DNA of 64,000 nucleotides from Felis catus (taxonomy: Eukaryota): assembly GCF_018350175.1 (NCBI RefSeq), contig NC_058368.1, forward strand, positions 15,192,001 to 15,256,000, given 5' to 3'. The first letter of the stretch is position 1. The number at the start of each line of letters is the position of its first letter. The notes beneath the pieces are model-generated. The model had not been told where the DNA came from and did no database searches. It saw nothing but the letters and a program-made list of their open reading frames with translations. Shown in pieces: positions 50,690 to 64,000 of the stretch. The position numbers and the translations under genes were made by a program.

Positions 50690-51486
50690 CTTTTTAATGT
50701 GTATTTATTTTTGAGAGACAGAGAGAGAGAGCAAGTGGGGAAGGGCAGAGAGAGATGGAGATAGAGAATTACAAGGAGGCTCTGAGCTGACAGCAGAGAG
50801 TCCAATGTGGGGCTCAAACTCATGAACCGTGAGATCATGACCTGAGCGAAAGTTAGATGCTTAACCAACTGAGCCACCCAGGCGCCCTGCCATTGAAACA
50901 TTAAAAAGTAGATTGATAAGGGGCGCCTGGGTGGCTTGGTCGGTTAAGCGTCTGACTTCAGCTCAGGTCATGATCTCACAGTCCATGAGTTCGAGCCCCG
51001 CGTCAGGCTCTGTGCTGACAGCTCAGAGCCCGGAGCCTGTTTCAGATTCTGTGTCTCCCTCTCTCTCTGCCCCTCCCCTGTTCATGCTCTGTCTCTCTCT
51101 GTCTCAAAAATAAATAAACGTTAAAAAAAAATTAAAAAAAATTAAAAAGATTGATAAAATATTAAATGAAGTTTAGTATACATATAATTATAATCATTTA
51201 TAACTAAGCATACAGAGAATTAAAAATCATAAAAGCCATAAAGATTACAAGATATATCTACTAAGGTGAAGGGACAGGGGTCATGTTTTCCTCTAAGATT
51301 AACCTTTAAAGAGGGGGAGAAGAGAAGGAGGAGGAAGGGGAAGAAAGAGAGGTGGAGTGACAATCCCAAGCAGACTCCATGCTCAGGGCAGAGCCCCATG
51401 CGGGGCCCTATCTCACGACACTGAGATCATGACCTGAGCAGAAATCAAGTCTGACACTTAACTGACTGAGCCACCCAGGTATCCCT
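50690..51486. mobile_element. CanSINEs: 50690-50887(-), 50920-51148(+), ~51300-51486(-)
   Basis: Consensus heads and tails. Confidence 0.88.
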
Positions 51487-52219
51487 GCAAGATTAAACTT
51501 TAAATGACTTCTGTTTGTCCGACAGAAAGATTGTCATTCCCAGGTGTACTGATTCTGTTGGCCACAAGCTTTGTGAGCTCAGGTTCAAGCTGGGAGAGCT
51601 AAACTCTCATTAATCTGGTAGATGGAGACAATTCATATTCTTCAACTTCTTATCTATCTTGTTTCTACCAAAATGGTACCTAACAGGGAAAGAACCTAAA
51701 ACAAAACCAACCAAACCTCTGCTCTCCTCCCTGCAGGGGGCACTGTGGGCTTGTTTAAAGGGACGACTGGCGGTGACAACCCAGAGCCAAGTGGTCAATT
51801 AGTTTGATTTTCCTGCTCAGTCTACTTCCAGGACTGTTTCTCTGCCACCGGCCACTGAGCGTTTCCTACTCGTCCTCTTCCTGCTCCACCAGACCACTCT
51901 GCTAGTCGTCCAAGGACAGAAGACTGGTATCATATGAAGTGTGACTTGAGGAGATTTGTGTCAAATCTTTCAGCTTTGCTCCGAAGAGAAATGGAGACCC
52001 TACGCTAAAGGGAAATTGAGGCACTGTTGAGAAGGCAGGGAAGATACATTTAGAGCCAGGCTCCCTCTGCAGTTCAAAATCACCTTTTCGCTGCTGCTAA
52101 GACTGCCTTCCTGAGAGGCTGTATCCTCAGAGGGAAATATTCTTTTTTTTTTTCTTTTAAATAATAATTCTGGCATTTATTGCTTTTGTGAAAGAGTGGA
52201 TTTTGAAAAGGAGACTTAC

Positions 52220-52310
52220 CACAGTATATAAAATAGCCTGCTGTGCTCATATGTCAATCCACGCATTCTCTCTAAAGAAGTATCTCTTTATTCTACAAGT
52301 GCATGTGGAT
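52220..52310 (-). other. SPART: Candidate distal first exon of SPART (5' end unknown)
   Basis: Perfect donor GTG|GTAAGT at 52219 in non-repetitive sequence. I recall that human SPART has a distal first exon tens of kb upstream of the CpG island. Confidence 0.4.
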
Positions 52311-52547
52311 CCTTTTACCAGACAACTGGTGTGGAAGTTTAGAATTTACAACTCTACCATTCTCTGTGGCAGGTTCACTTTAAATTCAGTTTGTTTGTTT
52401 GCTTCCCCACAGTTCATCACAGGAGGCCTCACTTTACTCCAAATGTCAGGCTTTGTTTCAGACTCTGAGCTTGGAGAAGGTAAGGCATTCTGTGTGTCTG
52501 GGCAACAGCTTGTGGTTGAGGGTGTGGGATTTATCCATCAATGGACT

Positions 52548-53172
52548 CAGGTTCCTTCCATATCTTGGCTATTGTAAATAATGCTCCGATGAACACAGGG
52601 ATGCATATGTCTTTTTGAATTAGTGTTTTTGTTTTCTTCAGATAAATACCCAGAAGTGGAATTGCTGGATCACATATTTCTATTTTTAATTTTTTGAGGA
52701 AAACCCACACTGCTTTCCATAGTGCTACACCAATTTACATTCCCACCAACAGTGCACAAGGATTCCCTTTTCTTCACATCCTCTCCAACACTTATTTCTT
52801 GTCTTTCTGATTATAGCCATTCTAACAGGTGTAAGGTCATCTCTCATTGATTTTGACTTGCATTTTCCTGATGAATTGTGATGTTGAGCACCTTTTCACA
52901 TATCCATTGGCTGTTTGTATGTCTTATTAATGCCTATTCAGATCTTCTGCCAATTTTTAATCAGACTTTTCTTTTGCGATTGAGTTGTAGGAGTTCTTTA
53001 TATTTTTTGGATATTAACACCTTATCAGATATATGATTTGAAGATATTTTCTCCGATTCAATAGGTTGCTTTTTCATTTTGTTGATGGTTTCCTTTGCTG
53101 TGCAGAAGCTTTTTAGCTTGATGTAGTCCCAATAGTTTATTTTTGCTTTTGTTGCCTTTGCTTTTGGTGTCA
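52548..53172 (-). mobile_element. L1 ORF2 3'-region fragment
   Basis: Peptide [36 protein letters not shown]. Confidence 0.88.
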
Positions 53173-53221
53173 AATGATTGTGAATGCTCTTAATGACACT
53201 GACTTATATACTTAATAATTA

Positions 53222-53348
53222 GGGGGGGCCTGGGTGGCTTAGTCGGTTAAGCCTCTGACTCTTGGCTTTGGCTCAGGTGATGATCTCGCAGTTCGTGAGT
53301 TCAGGCCCCATGTTGGGCTCTGCACTGACAGTGTGGAGCCTGCTTGGG

Positions 53349-53385
<37 letters not shown>

Positions 53386-54740
53386 GCACCCCACCTCAAA
53401 ATAAACAAACTTAAAAATTAGTTAAAATGGTAAACTTTACGTTATGCTTGTTTTATCACAATTTTTAAAAAAATTACAAAACTAAGGTCAACTTGGACTG
53501 TCTTCCTATAAATCAGCTTGCCATTTCTAAACCTAAAATGCCCTTCCCAATATTTGCTCCTTATTTGTTCCTAACCAATTTCCCTGCCTGTGTCCTGAAC
53601 TCTACATAGCCACCCTGACCATGCTTGTGCCAGAATCACAATTGAGCCCATAGCTGCCTGACTAGTCAGGCTCCCTCCCTCCGCATCTGGCTTTCCCCAG
53701 CTCCCCGGAAGGTTACCTTGCCTGTGACTTGCACCCTCCATTTATGCCTTTAACTGTCCCTCCACCTGTGATTAGGAGACTGTATATCATGCTCTACTCT
53801 CACCCTCTGGCTTAGATTCTTTCCTGCAGGGGCTCAACTTTGCTGTTTGTTTGAGGGCTGACAGAACAGATGCATTTGCCACATACTTCCTCTGCCTTAT
53901 TCCTGTCCCCAGGTCCCAGTACACATGTGCCACATTTGTGAAGTCAGGCTGGAGGCACTGCTTCCAGTAGCACTCTCTTCTTTTTAATAGATTTAGACTT
54001 TTGTGGAAAATCAATACTTATGATTTAGGAGGAAGTTATGTATTTACCATATTCATCTATATCAAATGCCAATCAAAAATCTCAGTTCACTTATGATGAA
54101 GAACATTACATGATACATACTGGTTTAGAGATGACTACATCCCCATTCTGATGACATGTCTCTATTTCAGGGATAGAAACTGCTGGATCCAAGTGTTCTG
54201 TTCTCTCCCCACTTAGACCATCGAGTCTGCAATACAGACTCAAAAACAACTGTTATGAAACATATCCAACCATAACAGAATTCTTCATTACTTAAGAACA
54301 ACAAATTGTTATATGTTCAGTTGGAGAAGGCATTACTCTCTGAGGAAAATCTTTGTATAATGAAAGTATTCTTGACAAAGTATCCTATACACTCTACCAT
54401 CTTAAATATTTGTGTAGAGTAATGGGGATTCCACTAGGAGTAAATAAATTTAATGCTATTTGGACATGTCAGTAGTTACTAGAAAGACACTCAGGGAAGC
54501 AACCACTTTTATTCAATTAATTAATTAATTAGTTATATTTATTTTGAGAGAAAGAGTGTGGGGGAGGGGCAGAGAGAGAGAGAGCGAGAGCGAGAGAGAG
54601 AGAGAGAGAGAGAGAGAATCTCAAGCAGGCTTCATGCTGTCAGCACAGAGCCCAATGTGGGGCTCGATCCCAGGAACCATGAGATCATGACCTGAGCTGA
54701 AGAGTTGGATGCTTAACCAACTGAGCCACACAGGTGCCCC
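53222..54740. mobile_element. CanSINEs: 53222-53415(+), 54535-54740(-)
   Basis: Consensus heads and (CT)n/(GA)n tracts. Confidence 0.88.
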
Positions 54741-55917
54741 ACGACTCCTTTTATATTTATTCACTCATACACAGATTCTAAAAATACTTTATAGTGTCTA
54801 CCATGTGTCAAGCACTGTTCTAGGAAATGATTATAGTGGCAAACATATGAGGGTGAGTCTGCGTTTGTCTTTCTCTTCTTTCTACTTTTGGAGTTTATTG
54901 ATCCCAGGCACTCCTAAAACTTGACTGCTCTGGAAGTTGTGCGAGGCTGGCCAACAAGGACATACACAATGGAAAACCTATTCTCAGCCCAAACAATCCT
55001 ATTTCTTCTTCTTAGATGGTTTCTCTTACTCCTGACACAATTTCCCACATCTACCCAAAACAATATCCATGGGTGAAGTCTTGTGAAAAAAAAAAAAAAC
55101 ACCTTCTTTAAACTGTAATAACACTTGTCTGCCCGAAATAGGACTGACTGCTCCTTTTTTCTCTTTCTGAAACTCTTTCAGGAAACCTAAGTAATCACTA
55201 GAATTCTGAAATTTGAATATGTATAATCTTTTAAGTTTGGCTTATGCGAATCATAAAGCATTAGAGAAATTGGCTTTACAATCTTCCTTGTAGAAAAAAA
55301 AAATCAATTTTCTTTTAGTCTCTGCCATATAAATTGCAAATTGGCTGAAGAGATTTTGCCAAAAGGCAAATCTATCACTATCATCTTAGGATTTACTGGA
55401 GGCAAAATGGGACCATTGGTTAGAAACTATAATATAGACTATATTTTGGTGTTTATACTTTCAGTGAAACTGTGTAAAACAGGACAATCCATGCTGGAAA
55501 TAAGATTTTAGAGTTGCAGGATACTTTTAGGATCTACTAAGTCCATTCCATTTGAGAACTTTTAAAAAAATCGTTTCTATGAAATTATAGTCATCCTTAA
55601 TATGATAAAGATAATTACTCAAGGAATAATTAAAAAATTGTCCAAGCCCAAAGAGATTGCCTATGCGGGCAACTGAAAAAAGTAGAAATTTCCCTTTGTA
55701 GCTATAATTTGGAAAGAAAATTTCTAAACCATATAATTTACAAAGACTTCTTGCTTCCTCTTTAAGAGAAGACTTGGACTTGATACAACGCCTACCTGGT
55801 GATGTGGAATTTTGAAAAATTTCAGCAAGACCCTAACAGCACAAGTACTATGAGTGCTGAGTAACAAGCATATCAAGCCTACCCTGGCACTGAAAACACT
55901 GAAAGCGAGCATTTTCT

Positions 55918-56387
55918 GGTTTCATTAGTAATCTTGTTGCTGCTCTAACAAATTACCAAAAATTTAGTGTCTTAAAATACACCTTTATTCTCTCACAGTT
56001 CTGGAGCTCAAAAGTCCAAAATGAGCCTTGCAGGGATATAATCAAACTGCCCACAAGGCTGGTGCCTTGTGGACCCTCCAGAGGACAGTCCATTCCTTTC
56101 CTCTTCCAGCTGCTAGGGGCTCCCACATTCCTTGGCTCATAACCATTCCCTACCATCACTCCAATCTTTTTCTTTTTCTTCTCTCATGGAATCTTCTACT
56201 GCTCTCTCTTATAAGGACCCTGGTGATTCCATCGGGCTCACCCAGATAATCCAGAATCATCTGTCCATCTCACGGTCTTTACCTTAAATACATTTATGAA
56301 GTCCCTTTTACCATGTATGGTAACGTTCACAGGTGCCAGGGATTAGGGTGTGGACATCCTTAGGACACCATTACTTTGCCTACCACA
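55918..56387 (-). mobile_element. MLT1-family (ERVL-MaLR) solo LTR
   Basis: gctgctctaacaaattacca...tctcacagttctggag...ataaggaccctggtgatt...ctttgcctaccaca. Confidence 0.85.
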
Positions 56388-56554
56388 CAGAGCAACCTCA
56401 GTCAGTTATTTAACTTCTGCAAACCTCTCAAATGGAGAAAAAATAAATGTATTTTGTGAACTCTGGAAGGATGACACCCATATTAATATTTATGCCATCT
56501 CTAGCTTTGTGTATCTATGGAAATCTCACCCCAACAAGAAGAGTCTGCATCAGT

Positions 56555-57030
56555 GATTTTTTTCATCTTACTGAGGTATAATTGACAATTAAACTGTTTA
56601 TATGTAAAGTGTACAATATAATGTCAGTATTCGACATATTTTGTGAAATGGGGTTAACAATTAGGTTAACATATATACCAAGTTATATAAAGCTACTTTT
56701 TAAATTTTTAATTTACTTTTTTGCTGAGAATGCTTAAGGTCTATTCTCTTAGCAAAGTTCACGTACACAACACAATACTATTAACTAATCACCACGCTGT
56801 ACATTAGATCCTTAGAGCTCATTCATGTTATAACTGAGGGCTTGTACCTTTGACCAGCATCTCCCCAACTCTTCTACCATTCTGTTTCTATGAGTTCAAC
56901 TTTTTCTTTTTTTTAGATTTCACATTTAAGTGAAATCATACAGAATTTGTCTTTCTCTGTCTGGCTAATTTCACTTAGCATAATGCCCTTTAGATTCACT
57001 CATGTTGTTAGGAAAGGAGGTATTCCTTCT
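56555..57030 (-). mobile_element. L1MA-type 3' end
   Basis: tgaggtataattgac...tattaactaatcaccacgctgtacattagatcc...gattcactcatgttgt. Confidence 0.8.
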
Positions 57031-57714
57031 CAGCTGGAGACTCTCCTAAAACTTTTATGTTTTAACAAAAGCATAAGATTGGGTGAGAGGGTGTCTATGC
57101 TTGATCTGAAAAAGAGAACCTTGCAACTCATAGCCCATAATGCTGGGGCAAGCTGCACAGAAGGTAGGGCTCAGTATACACCTGCAGCTGCAGGTATGCA
57201 TGGAACTGCATATTGCTTGCACTCAGATCAGCTGATTCTTTACAACCAAGCCCTGTCCCATGGGGGAGTCATGGTATGAGGGGCGAGGGAGAAATCTACG
57301 AGGCAATAAGATGTGCTTGGGGCAGGAAAACATCCTTTGGTTTCTACCTCACCCACGTGTTCAGATATCCCAGAACAAATTTTTATTCTCACTGCCACAC
57401 TTTGCCAACAATTCTAAAATCAGCAGCAGTTGATTCAGTTTGGAAATACGAGGGTGGATACAACAGAATGGAACAAAGGGACATGGAGGTAAGCGAGTGA
57501 GAGTTGAGAATGGGATGTGGGTTGGAGAAAGAACTAAAAGTTCAGTGAGGTACAGATCAACTGTACAGCTGGTATTTGCCAATTGATACTATAGCTGCGA
57601 AACAAGGGGAAAAAAAAGAATGTTATAGCAAGTTAGTGATTATTTTTGGACGAAAGGCTAGTATAATAATTATTCAAGTATTTTTTTACAGAATATCATG
57701 CTCATAACAACTTT

Positions 57715-57742
57715 ATTTTTTTAAATTTTTAAAATATTTATT

Positions 57743-57782
<40 letters not shown>

Positions 57783-58534
57783 CATGAGTGGGGGAGGGGC
57801 AGAGAGAGGGGGAGACACAGAATCCGAAGCAGGCTCCAGGCTCACTGTCAGCACAGAGCCCGACACGGGGCTTGAACTCATGAACCGTGAGATCATGACC
57901 TGAGCTGAAGTCGGATGCTTAACCGACTGAGCCACCCAGGTGCCCCGCTCATAACAACTTTAAAAGGTGACAAGATTTAGGTACAGTCTGAAGCCGATAA
58001 TTAATTGGTACCATATATATCTTGTAACTGAAAAGAAATGTAGGTGTGCCTGGGTGGCTCAGTTGGTTAAGTGTGGAACTCTTGACTTCAGCTCGGGTCA
58101 AGATCTCATGCTTCATGAGACTGAGCCCCCCTGTGCTGACTGCACAGACCCTGGTTGGGGTTCTCTCTCTCCTTCTCTCTGCCCCTCCCCAGCTCATGCT
58201 TGTGTGTGCAAAAGCACTCTCTCTCTCTCTCAAAACAAACTTTAAAAAAATGTAAATTTAGTTAATGAAAACATAATTACACACAAAGGTTACAACTTCT
58301 TTTGGGAACTTGATTGATGGTGTTTGACATGCTTCCAATTATTTTTAAAATCTGTTTTTTGTTATAGTATGACAAATCTGAGGGTGTTTAAAAGTAAACA
58401 TTAGGGGTGCGTGGGTGGCTTAGTTGATTGAGGGTCTAACTCTTGATTTTGGTTCAGTTCATGATCCCAGGGTCATAGGATCAAGCTGTACATTGGGCTC
58501 TGAGCTGAGTGTGGAGCCTGCTTAGGATTCTCTC

Positions 58535-58594
<60 letters not shown>

Positions 58595-58642
58595 CTGCCC
58601 CTCTCCCTTGCTCATATGCTCTCTGAAATTAAAAAAAAAAAA
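57715..58642. mobile_element. CanSINEs: 57715-57946(-), 58043-58250(+), 58403-58642(+, long (CT)n)
   Basis: Consensus heads and tails; TSD gctcataacaacttta on the first copy. Confidence 0.88.
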
Positions 58643-60671
58643 GTTTTTTAAAGCATTAATTTGTTTGAACGTATGAGTCAATGGAAATTTTAAAACTGCT
58701 TCATAAACATTTTGTTAAAATCTATGGAATGCTAATGTACAGAATTCCACACCATTGCCAATGAACAGAAATTGTTAAGATAAACCTGGTTCTATTTTGT
58801 TTTGAAGCCCTCAGGTCCAAAACCCATAAATTCAAAATATTTAAAAATCTTTTAGTGAGTTATAAAACGTTACCATTGGTTCATGGGGTAAAAGGCAACT
58901 AGTTGTTCAATGAATCAAAACTTAAGCACAATACTCCAGGAATAAAATTCAGAGGTCTACCACTCCCTGTTGCATAGTTGGATATATAGCCTGGAGGAGC
59001 TAAGAGGGAGATAGGTGGTTTTTTTTTTTTTTTTTAAAGGACATTTAGATATCATACCTATTATTGCAATAGAGACATTGCCAAGGAGAAACTTTCTGGC
59101 AAATGAGCATTATCTTGGATAAATTCATAGTCCTCAGCTTTGTTAGGCTCAGAAAAATAAATATTCCTGGTTTGTTTGAGATTGATGAAATTCTGAAGGG
59201 TTGATTTATTCAAACCAAAAAAGAAACTAATAAACCTGGAAAATGTTTATAATGGGAGCAATAGCTGGCAGAATAATTTGGTACCTGCCATTTGCTCAGG
59301 GCGCTGTGTCCTGGTATCTGCTCAGAAGAGTGAATCAGACGCTAACCACAGAGATGTAACAAAGGCAGGGAGTTACTGACCAATGATGAATGAGCTCTTC
59401 GTAACTCTGGAGACATACTCATCCGTATGTTGGATCCTCCTCGCTAACCTGCTAGTATCTCAAGTAGTTGAGGGCCTCTTTGGTCTCCTGGATATATTAT
59501 GTTAAATCTCTACTAAGCTTATCTACCCGATGCATAGATATGTTTAAAGTATTCTGAGGTTGGCTGACCTCATCAGCATTTTGTTAATTCTCTGGTTTTC
59601 ATCTTAGATGGTCATATCTTCTGACCTTACCTTCATTTTTTAGATGTTTTCTTGTATTGCTTTACAGATGGGCTATATATCTTGATGTTCAACTGTAAAT
59701 CTCCACTTATGGTTTACCGACCACACCAATAGCACATGATATCTTAAAGGCAAACTATGTAACTTCCCAGCTTAAAAACCCTTCAATGATTTCCTGTTGT
59801 CCATGCACTAAAGCCTAAACTGCTTAGGGTGGTAGACAAGTGCTTCATGGGCTGACCTCTGCCTTTCTCTCCAGTCTTATCTTTTGCTATGGACTCAACC
59901 CTTCCTTTTTTCAAGCTAAGGCCGTGTGAAACTTTTCCGAGGTTCCCCTGACGTGTCATATGATTTCACACCAATCCCCCCTGCACACACATGCATACTT
60001 CTGCCTGGGATGCCCTTGAATTTCCCCTGCTGACCTGGAAATACTTTTTCTATGAAGTCTTTTCAGTCTCCTCAAGTTTCAGAATCAGTCATTCCTTTCT
60101 TTGATCTGAATATTTCTATCACAGCATCTTTAGCATTGTATTTCATGTTCTTATTCATACATATGTCTGGACAGCGAGATGTTTTGGATCATTCCTGCCT
60201 GAAACAGTCCCTGGCATATAGCAAGCCCTCAATGAATATTTGCTGAAAACACGAACAGAGGTCCTAAATCTATACATTTCCAGTCTACAGCATTGAAAGG
60301 AGAGAGGAGAAAAAAGGAGAAAGAGGGAGGTTACATATTAAAATCTTTGAAAGATGAAGTCAAGAGCTGCTCAAATATTGGAAAATTCCCCTGACTAGAG
60401 AAATAAATATGATGGAGAAGAAATTTTTGAAGTAGATTGAAGGCTCTGATAACCCTACCATTTTTATCTCCCCAATTATGTTATAATTGTGCATATTTAT
60501 CCACAATTCTTTTTGTTCATTTTTTCATTTTTCCTTAAGATTCCACATATGAATGAAATAATGGTGTTTGTCTCTCTGTTTGACTTATTTCAGTTAGCAT
60601 TATACCCTGTACTTCCATCCATGTTGCCTCAAATGGCATGAGTTCATCCCTTTTTTGTGACTGTTAATATT

Positions 60672-60875
60672 CTATTTATCCATCTTTGAGAGACAGAGAG
60701 AGACAGAGAGTGAGTGGGAGAGGAGCAGAAAGAGAGGGAGACACAGAACCCGAAGCAGGCTCCAGGCTCTGAGCTGTCAGCACACAGCCTGATGCGGGAC
60801 CTGAACCCACTGACTGTGAGATCGTGACCTGAGCCAAAGTCGGACACTCAACCGACTGAGCCACCCAGGCGCCCC
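60672..60875 (-). mobile_element. CanSINE adjacent to a short L1 3' fragment (~60510-60660)
   Basis: Reverse-complement consensus. Confidence 0.85.
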
Positions 60876-61494
60876 TTGCTCACATTCTTGAATCACAGTA
60901 TAGCCACATAAATTATCCTACTTTGATGTTACTGTTGCTCAACATCTTGAGGATATTAGATTTTTCCCACTATTCTGACTTCCATTATTACTTTAAGAAG
61001 TCAGTTGATTGTCAGTGCTTCAGAGATCATCTGTTTTTTCTCTAACTGTACATCTCTTTTTACTTGTCTTACTTGGGATTACTGAATCTGAAGGTGGATG
61101 CCTGCATTTAATCCATCCTAGAAATATATACACATACACATTAAGATATATATCAAATATATTAAATTCCTTATGTAAAAGATAATTATATATATATGTT
61201 AAGAAATACATATTAAAATAACTTATTAAGGTGAAATCCATATAATAAAATTAACCATTTTAAAGTGAACAATTCAGTGGTCTCTGGTATTTTGGAATAT
61301 TGTCTCTGCCCTATTCTTTCAGGAACTCCAAGTTATATTATATTTTCATATTTTATCCTCTATGATTCTTATATCTCTTTCACATTTTCTGTCTCTTTGT
61401 GCTATGTGCAATTTCTTCCGTTCTATCTTTGAATTCAATATATCTCTCTTCAGCTATGACTATTCTGCTTAACCCATCTACAGAATTGATATTT

Positions 61495-61795
61495 TCTTGT
61501 GATGAGAACTTCCAACTGTGTTAGCAACTTCCAAATATACAATACAGTATCATTAACTATAGTCACTATGTTGTACATTACATCTCAGGATTTATAACTT
61601 AAATTTTGTGCATTTTGACCGCAGTCACCCTTTTTGCCCACCCTCCACCCTTACCCCCATCCCTGCCTCTGGCAACTACCGATCTGTTCTCTGTATCTAG
61701 GAGTTCGGGGTTGGTTTGTTAGTTTTAAATTCCACATAGAAGGGAGATCACACATTTGTAAGAGTATTGTATGAGTATTTATCTTTGTCTGACTT
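61495..61795 (-). mobile_element. L1MA-type 3' fragment
   Basis: cattaactatagtcactatgttgtacattacatc...ccctgcctctggcaactacc...attccacata. Confidence 0.75.
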
Positions 61796-61911
61796 CATCC
61801 ATTAATAAACACTTAGGTTGCTTCTATCAATAATATTTTTAACTTTTAGAAGTTATATTTGGTTCTTTTCTAAAACTTTCTAATCATTTATAATACTGCT
61901 ATTCTTTACTT

Positions 61912-62933
61912 GTTTTTTTTTTGTTTTTTATTTTTTATTTTTAAAAATTTACATCCAAATTAGTTAGCATATAGTGAAACAATGATTTCAGGAGTAGATT
62001 CCTTAGTGCCCCTTACCCATTTAGCCCATCCCCCCCCATAACCCCTCCAGCAACCCTCAGTTTGTTCTCCATATTTATGAGTCTCTTCTGTTTTGTTCCC
62101 CTCCGTTTTTATATTATTTTTGTTTCCCTTCCCTTATGTTCATCTGTTTTTCTCATAAAGTCCTCATATGAGTGAAATCATATGATTTTTGTCTTTCTCT
62201 AACTAATTTCACTTAGCATAATACCCTCTAGTTCCATCCACGTAGTTGCAAATGGCAAGATTTCATTCTTTTTCATTGCCGAGTAATACTCCATTGTATG
62301 TCTATACCACATTTTCTTTATCCATTCATCCATCGATGGGCATGTGGGCTCTTTCCATACTTTGGCTATTGTTGACAGTGCTGCTATAAACATGGGGGTG
62401 CATGTGTCCCTTCACAACAGCACACCTGTATCCCGTGGATAAATGCCTAGTAGTGCAATTGCTGGGTCGTAGGGTAGTTCTATTTTTAGTTTTTTGAGGA
62501 CCCTCTACACTGTTTTCCAGAGTGGCTGCAGCAGCTTGCATTGCCACCAATAATGCAAAAGAGATCCTCTTTCTCTGCATCCTCACCAACATCTGTTGTT
62601 GCCTGAGTTGTTAATGTTAGCCATTCTGACAGGTGTAAGGTGGTATCTCATTGTGGTTTTGATTTGTATTTTCCTGATGATGAGTGATGTTGAGCATTTT
62701 TTCATGTGTCGGTTGGCCATCTGGATGTCTTCCTTGGAGAAGTGTCTATTCATGTCTTTGGCCCATTTCTTCACTGGATTATTTGGGTTTTGGGTGTTGA
62801 GTTTGGTAAGTTCTTTATAGATTTTGGATACTAACCCTTTATCTGATATGTTATTTGCAAATATCTTCTCCCATTCTGTTGGTTGCCTTTTAGTTTTGCT
62901 GACTGTTTCTTTCACTGTGCAGAAGCTTTTTAT
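61912..62933 (-). mobile_element. 5'-truncated felid/carnivore L1
   Basis: ORF2 C-terminal peptides [20 protein letters not shown]... and MFIAALSTIAKVWKEP...; T-rich tail. Confidence 0.92.
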
Positions 62934-63932
62934 TATTTATTCATATTTTTGATACCTTTAAAGCAACCACAATGAAATTGACAGCTGGCCTGTGTATTTA
63001 TATTATCCATGTGATAATTTCAGTATCTGAAATCCTTTCATGTTTTATTCAGACTTTTTGTTTCTGATGACTTTTGTCAATGGTGGCTTATTTCCTCATG
63101 TGAATTACCATTTCATATTGGGAGCTCATATTTGGCTGATTTGGAAAATCCTGAGTTCTGTGTTGAGGGTATACTTCTCCATAGAGGACATGTATTTGAT
63201 TCTGTCAGGTGCTCTCAGACACTACCAACCTGATACTCCTTTACATTTTGGTGTTTCCTAGATGCTGTAGTCAGTATAATTTGAACAACATATCCAAGTA
63301 AAAGGGTCATAGTTTAAAATTCTCACATAAGAGGTTCCAGTTTTTACTTTACTTTTCTACCTATAGCAGGAATTAAAATACAAAGTCTCCTGGTTTTCTC
63401 CCTTTTCCCAGGGCAAAATTTTTCTTTTACCTTGCTATTTTAATGAGGGTACAGTCTTTTGAGTGCACCAATTATTTGCCAGGGCCTTGATTCTAACTCT
63501 GCTTTACTTAGGCTTAAGGCCTTTCTTTCTTGTTCCAGAACAGTCATTAAAACCTAAGACTCTTTTTACTATGTTTAGAGATGTTTTTGTGTGGGAATAG
63601 TTTTTGCAGTGCCATTTCACTAAAAAGAACTAAGGTCTTTGGCAATGGACATAGCTCCTGGACCTTTTCACATTATTATGTAAAAAAAAAAATGAGGAAT
63701 TATTATTAGTAAATCATATCAAGTCTGGTTACAATTTTCTTATTAGCATTTTTTTATTAGAGAACAAAAATATAAATTGATGTATAATGAAAGTTGATTT
63801 GTGTAATGAAATTCTGAGAAGAGTCGAATTTTAGGATAAAATATATCCTACACAGATACAGTTTTTATCCTAGTAGGACAGCCATAAGGCTAATACAGCA
63901 ATTTGATACTTACTAATTAATATCATTAGACT

Positions 63933-64000
63933 GGAGCACCTGGGTGGCTCAGTTGGTTAAGCATCCGACTTCGGCTCAGGTCATGATCTCACGGCTCATG
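63933..64000 (+). mobile_element. CanSINE head, truncated by the window edge
   Basis: ggagcacctgggtggctcagttggttaagcatccgacttcggctcaggtcatgatctc. Confidence 0.9.

Noticed and set aside
52078..52120. Second minus-strand donor-like site AAG|GTGATT near 52082
   Set aside because: Weaker than the donor at 52219 and with no independent support; kept only as an alternative.
52548..53475. Possible twin-primed (inverted) L1: minus-strand ORF2 piece followed by a plus-strand L1 3' tip
   Set aside because: There is a large gap between the pieces in L1 coordinates and no TSD was found; they may be two unrelated fragments.
21500..64000. A second protein-coding gene (e.g. the neighbour CCNA1) or a processed pseudogene
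   Set aside because: No recognisable exon peptides or second CpG island; small exons cannot be excluded by eye.
1..64000. CRISPR array or prokaryotic defence-type system
   Set aside because: Mammalian DNA; the dispersed repeats are SINEs and LINEs with no regular repeat-spacer periodicity.

Overview
Eukaryotic (mammalian) genomic DNA from a felid, judged by the dense felid-type CanSINEs and carnivore/felid L1 3' ends. The left third holds the 5' part of SPART (SPG20, spartin) on the minus strand. Five coding exons have canonical GT-AG boundaries and compatible phases: 16793-15984, 11840-11643, 9065-8898, 5483-5360 and 769-575; the gene continues off the left edge. A CpG-island promoter at ~20.3-21.45 kb contains candidate non-coding first exons. 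The remaining ~42 kb is repeat-rich (more than 40 CanSINEs window-wide, nested L1s, MLT1 LTRs, MER5A/MER20, MIR/L2, microsatellites), with no other recognisable protein-coding gene. I found no prokaryote-style novel system. The best leads are: (1) first-exon choice that rewires SPART translation initiation, because exon 2 starts only 2 nt before the ATG; this includes a candidate distal exon at ~52.2 kb that would add an in-frame N-terminal extension, MSTAGYFIYCE; (2) an L1 whose 5' promoter end is fused directly to mid-ORF2; (3) a 47-bp inverted templated duplication replacing a SINE tail; (4) a 12/12 antisense SINE bias in SPART introns 2-5. Repeat boundaries are approximate, and comparisons with human SPART are from memory and need checking.
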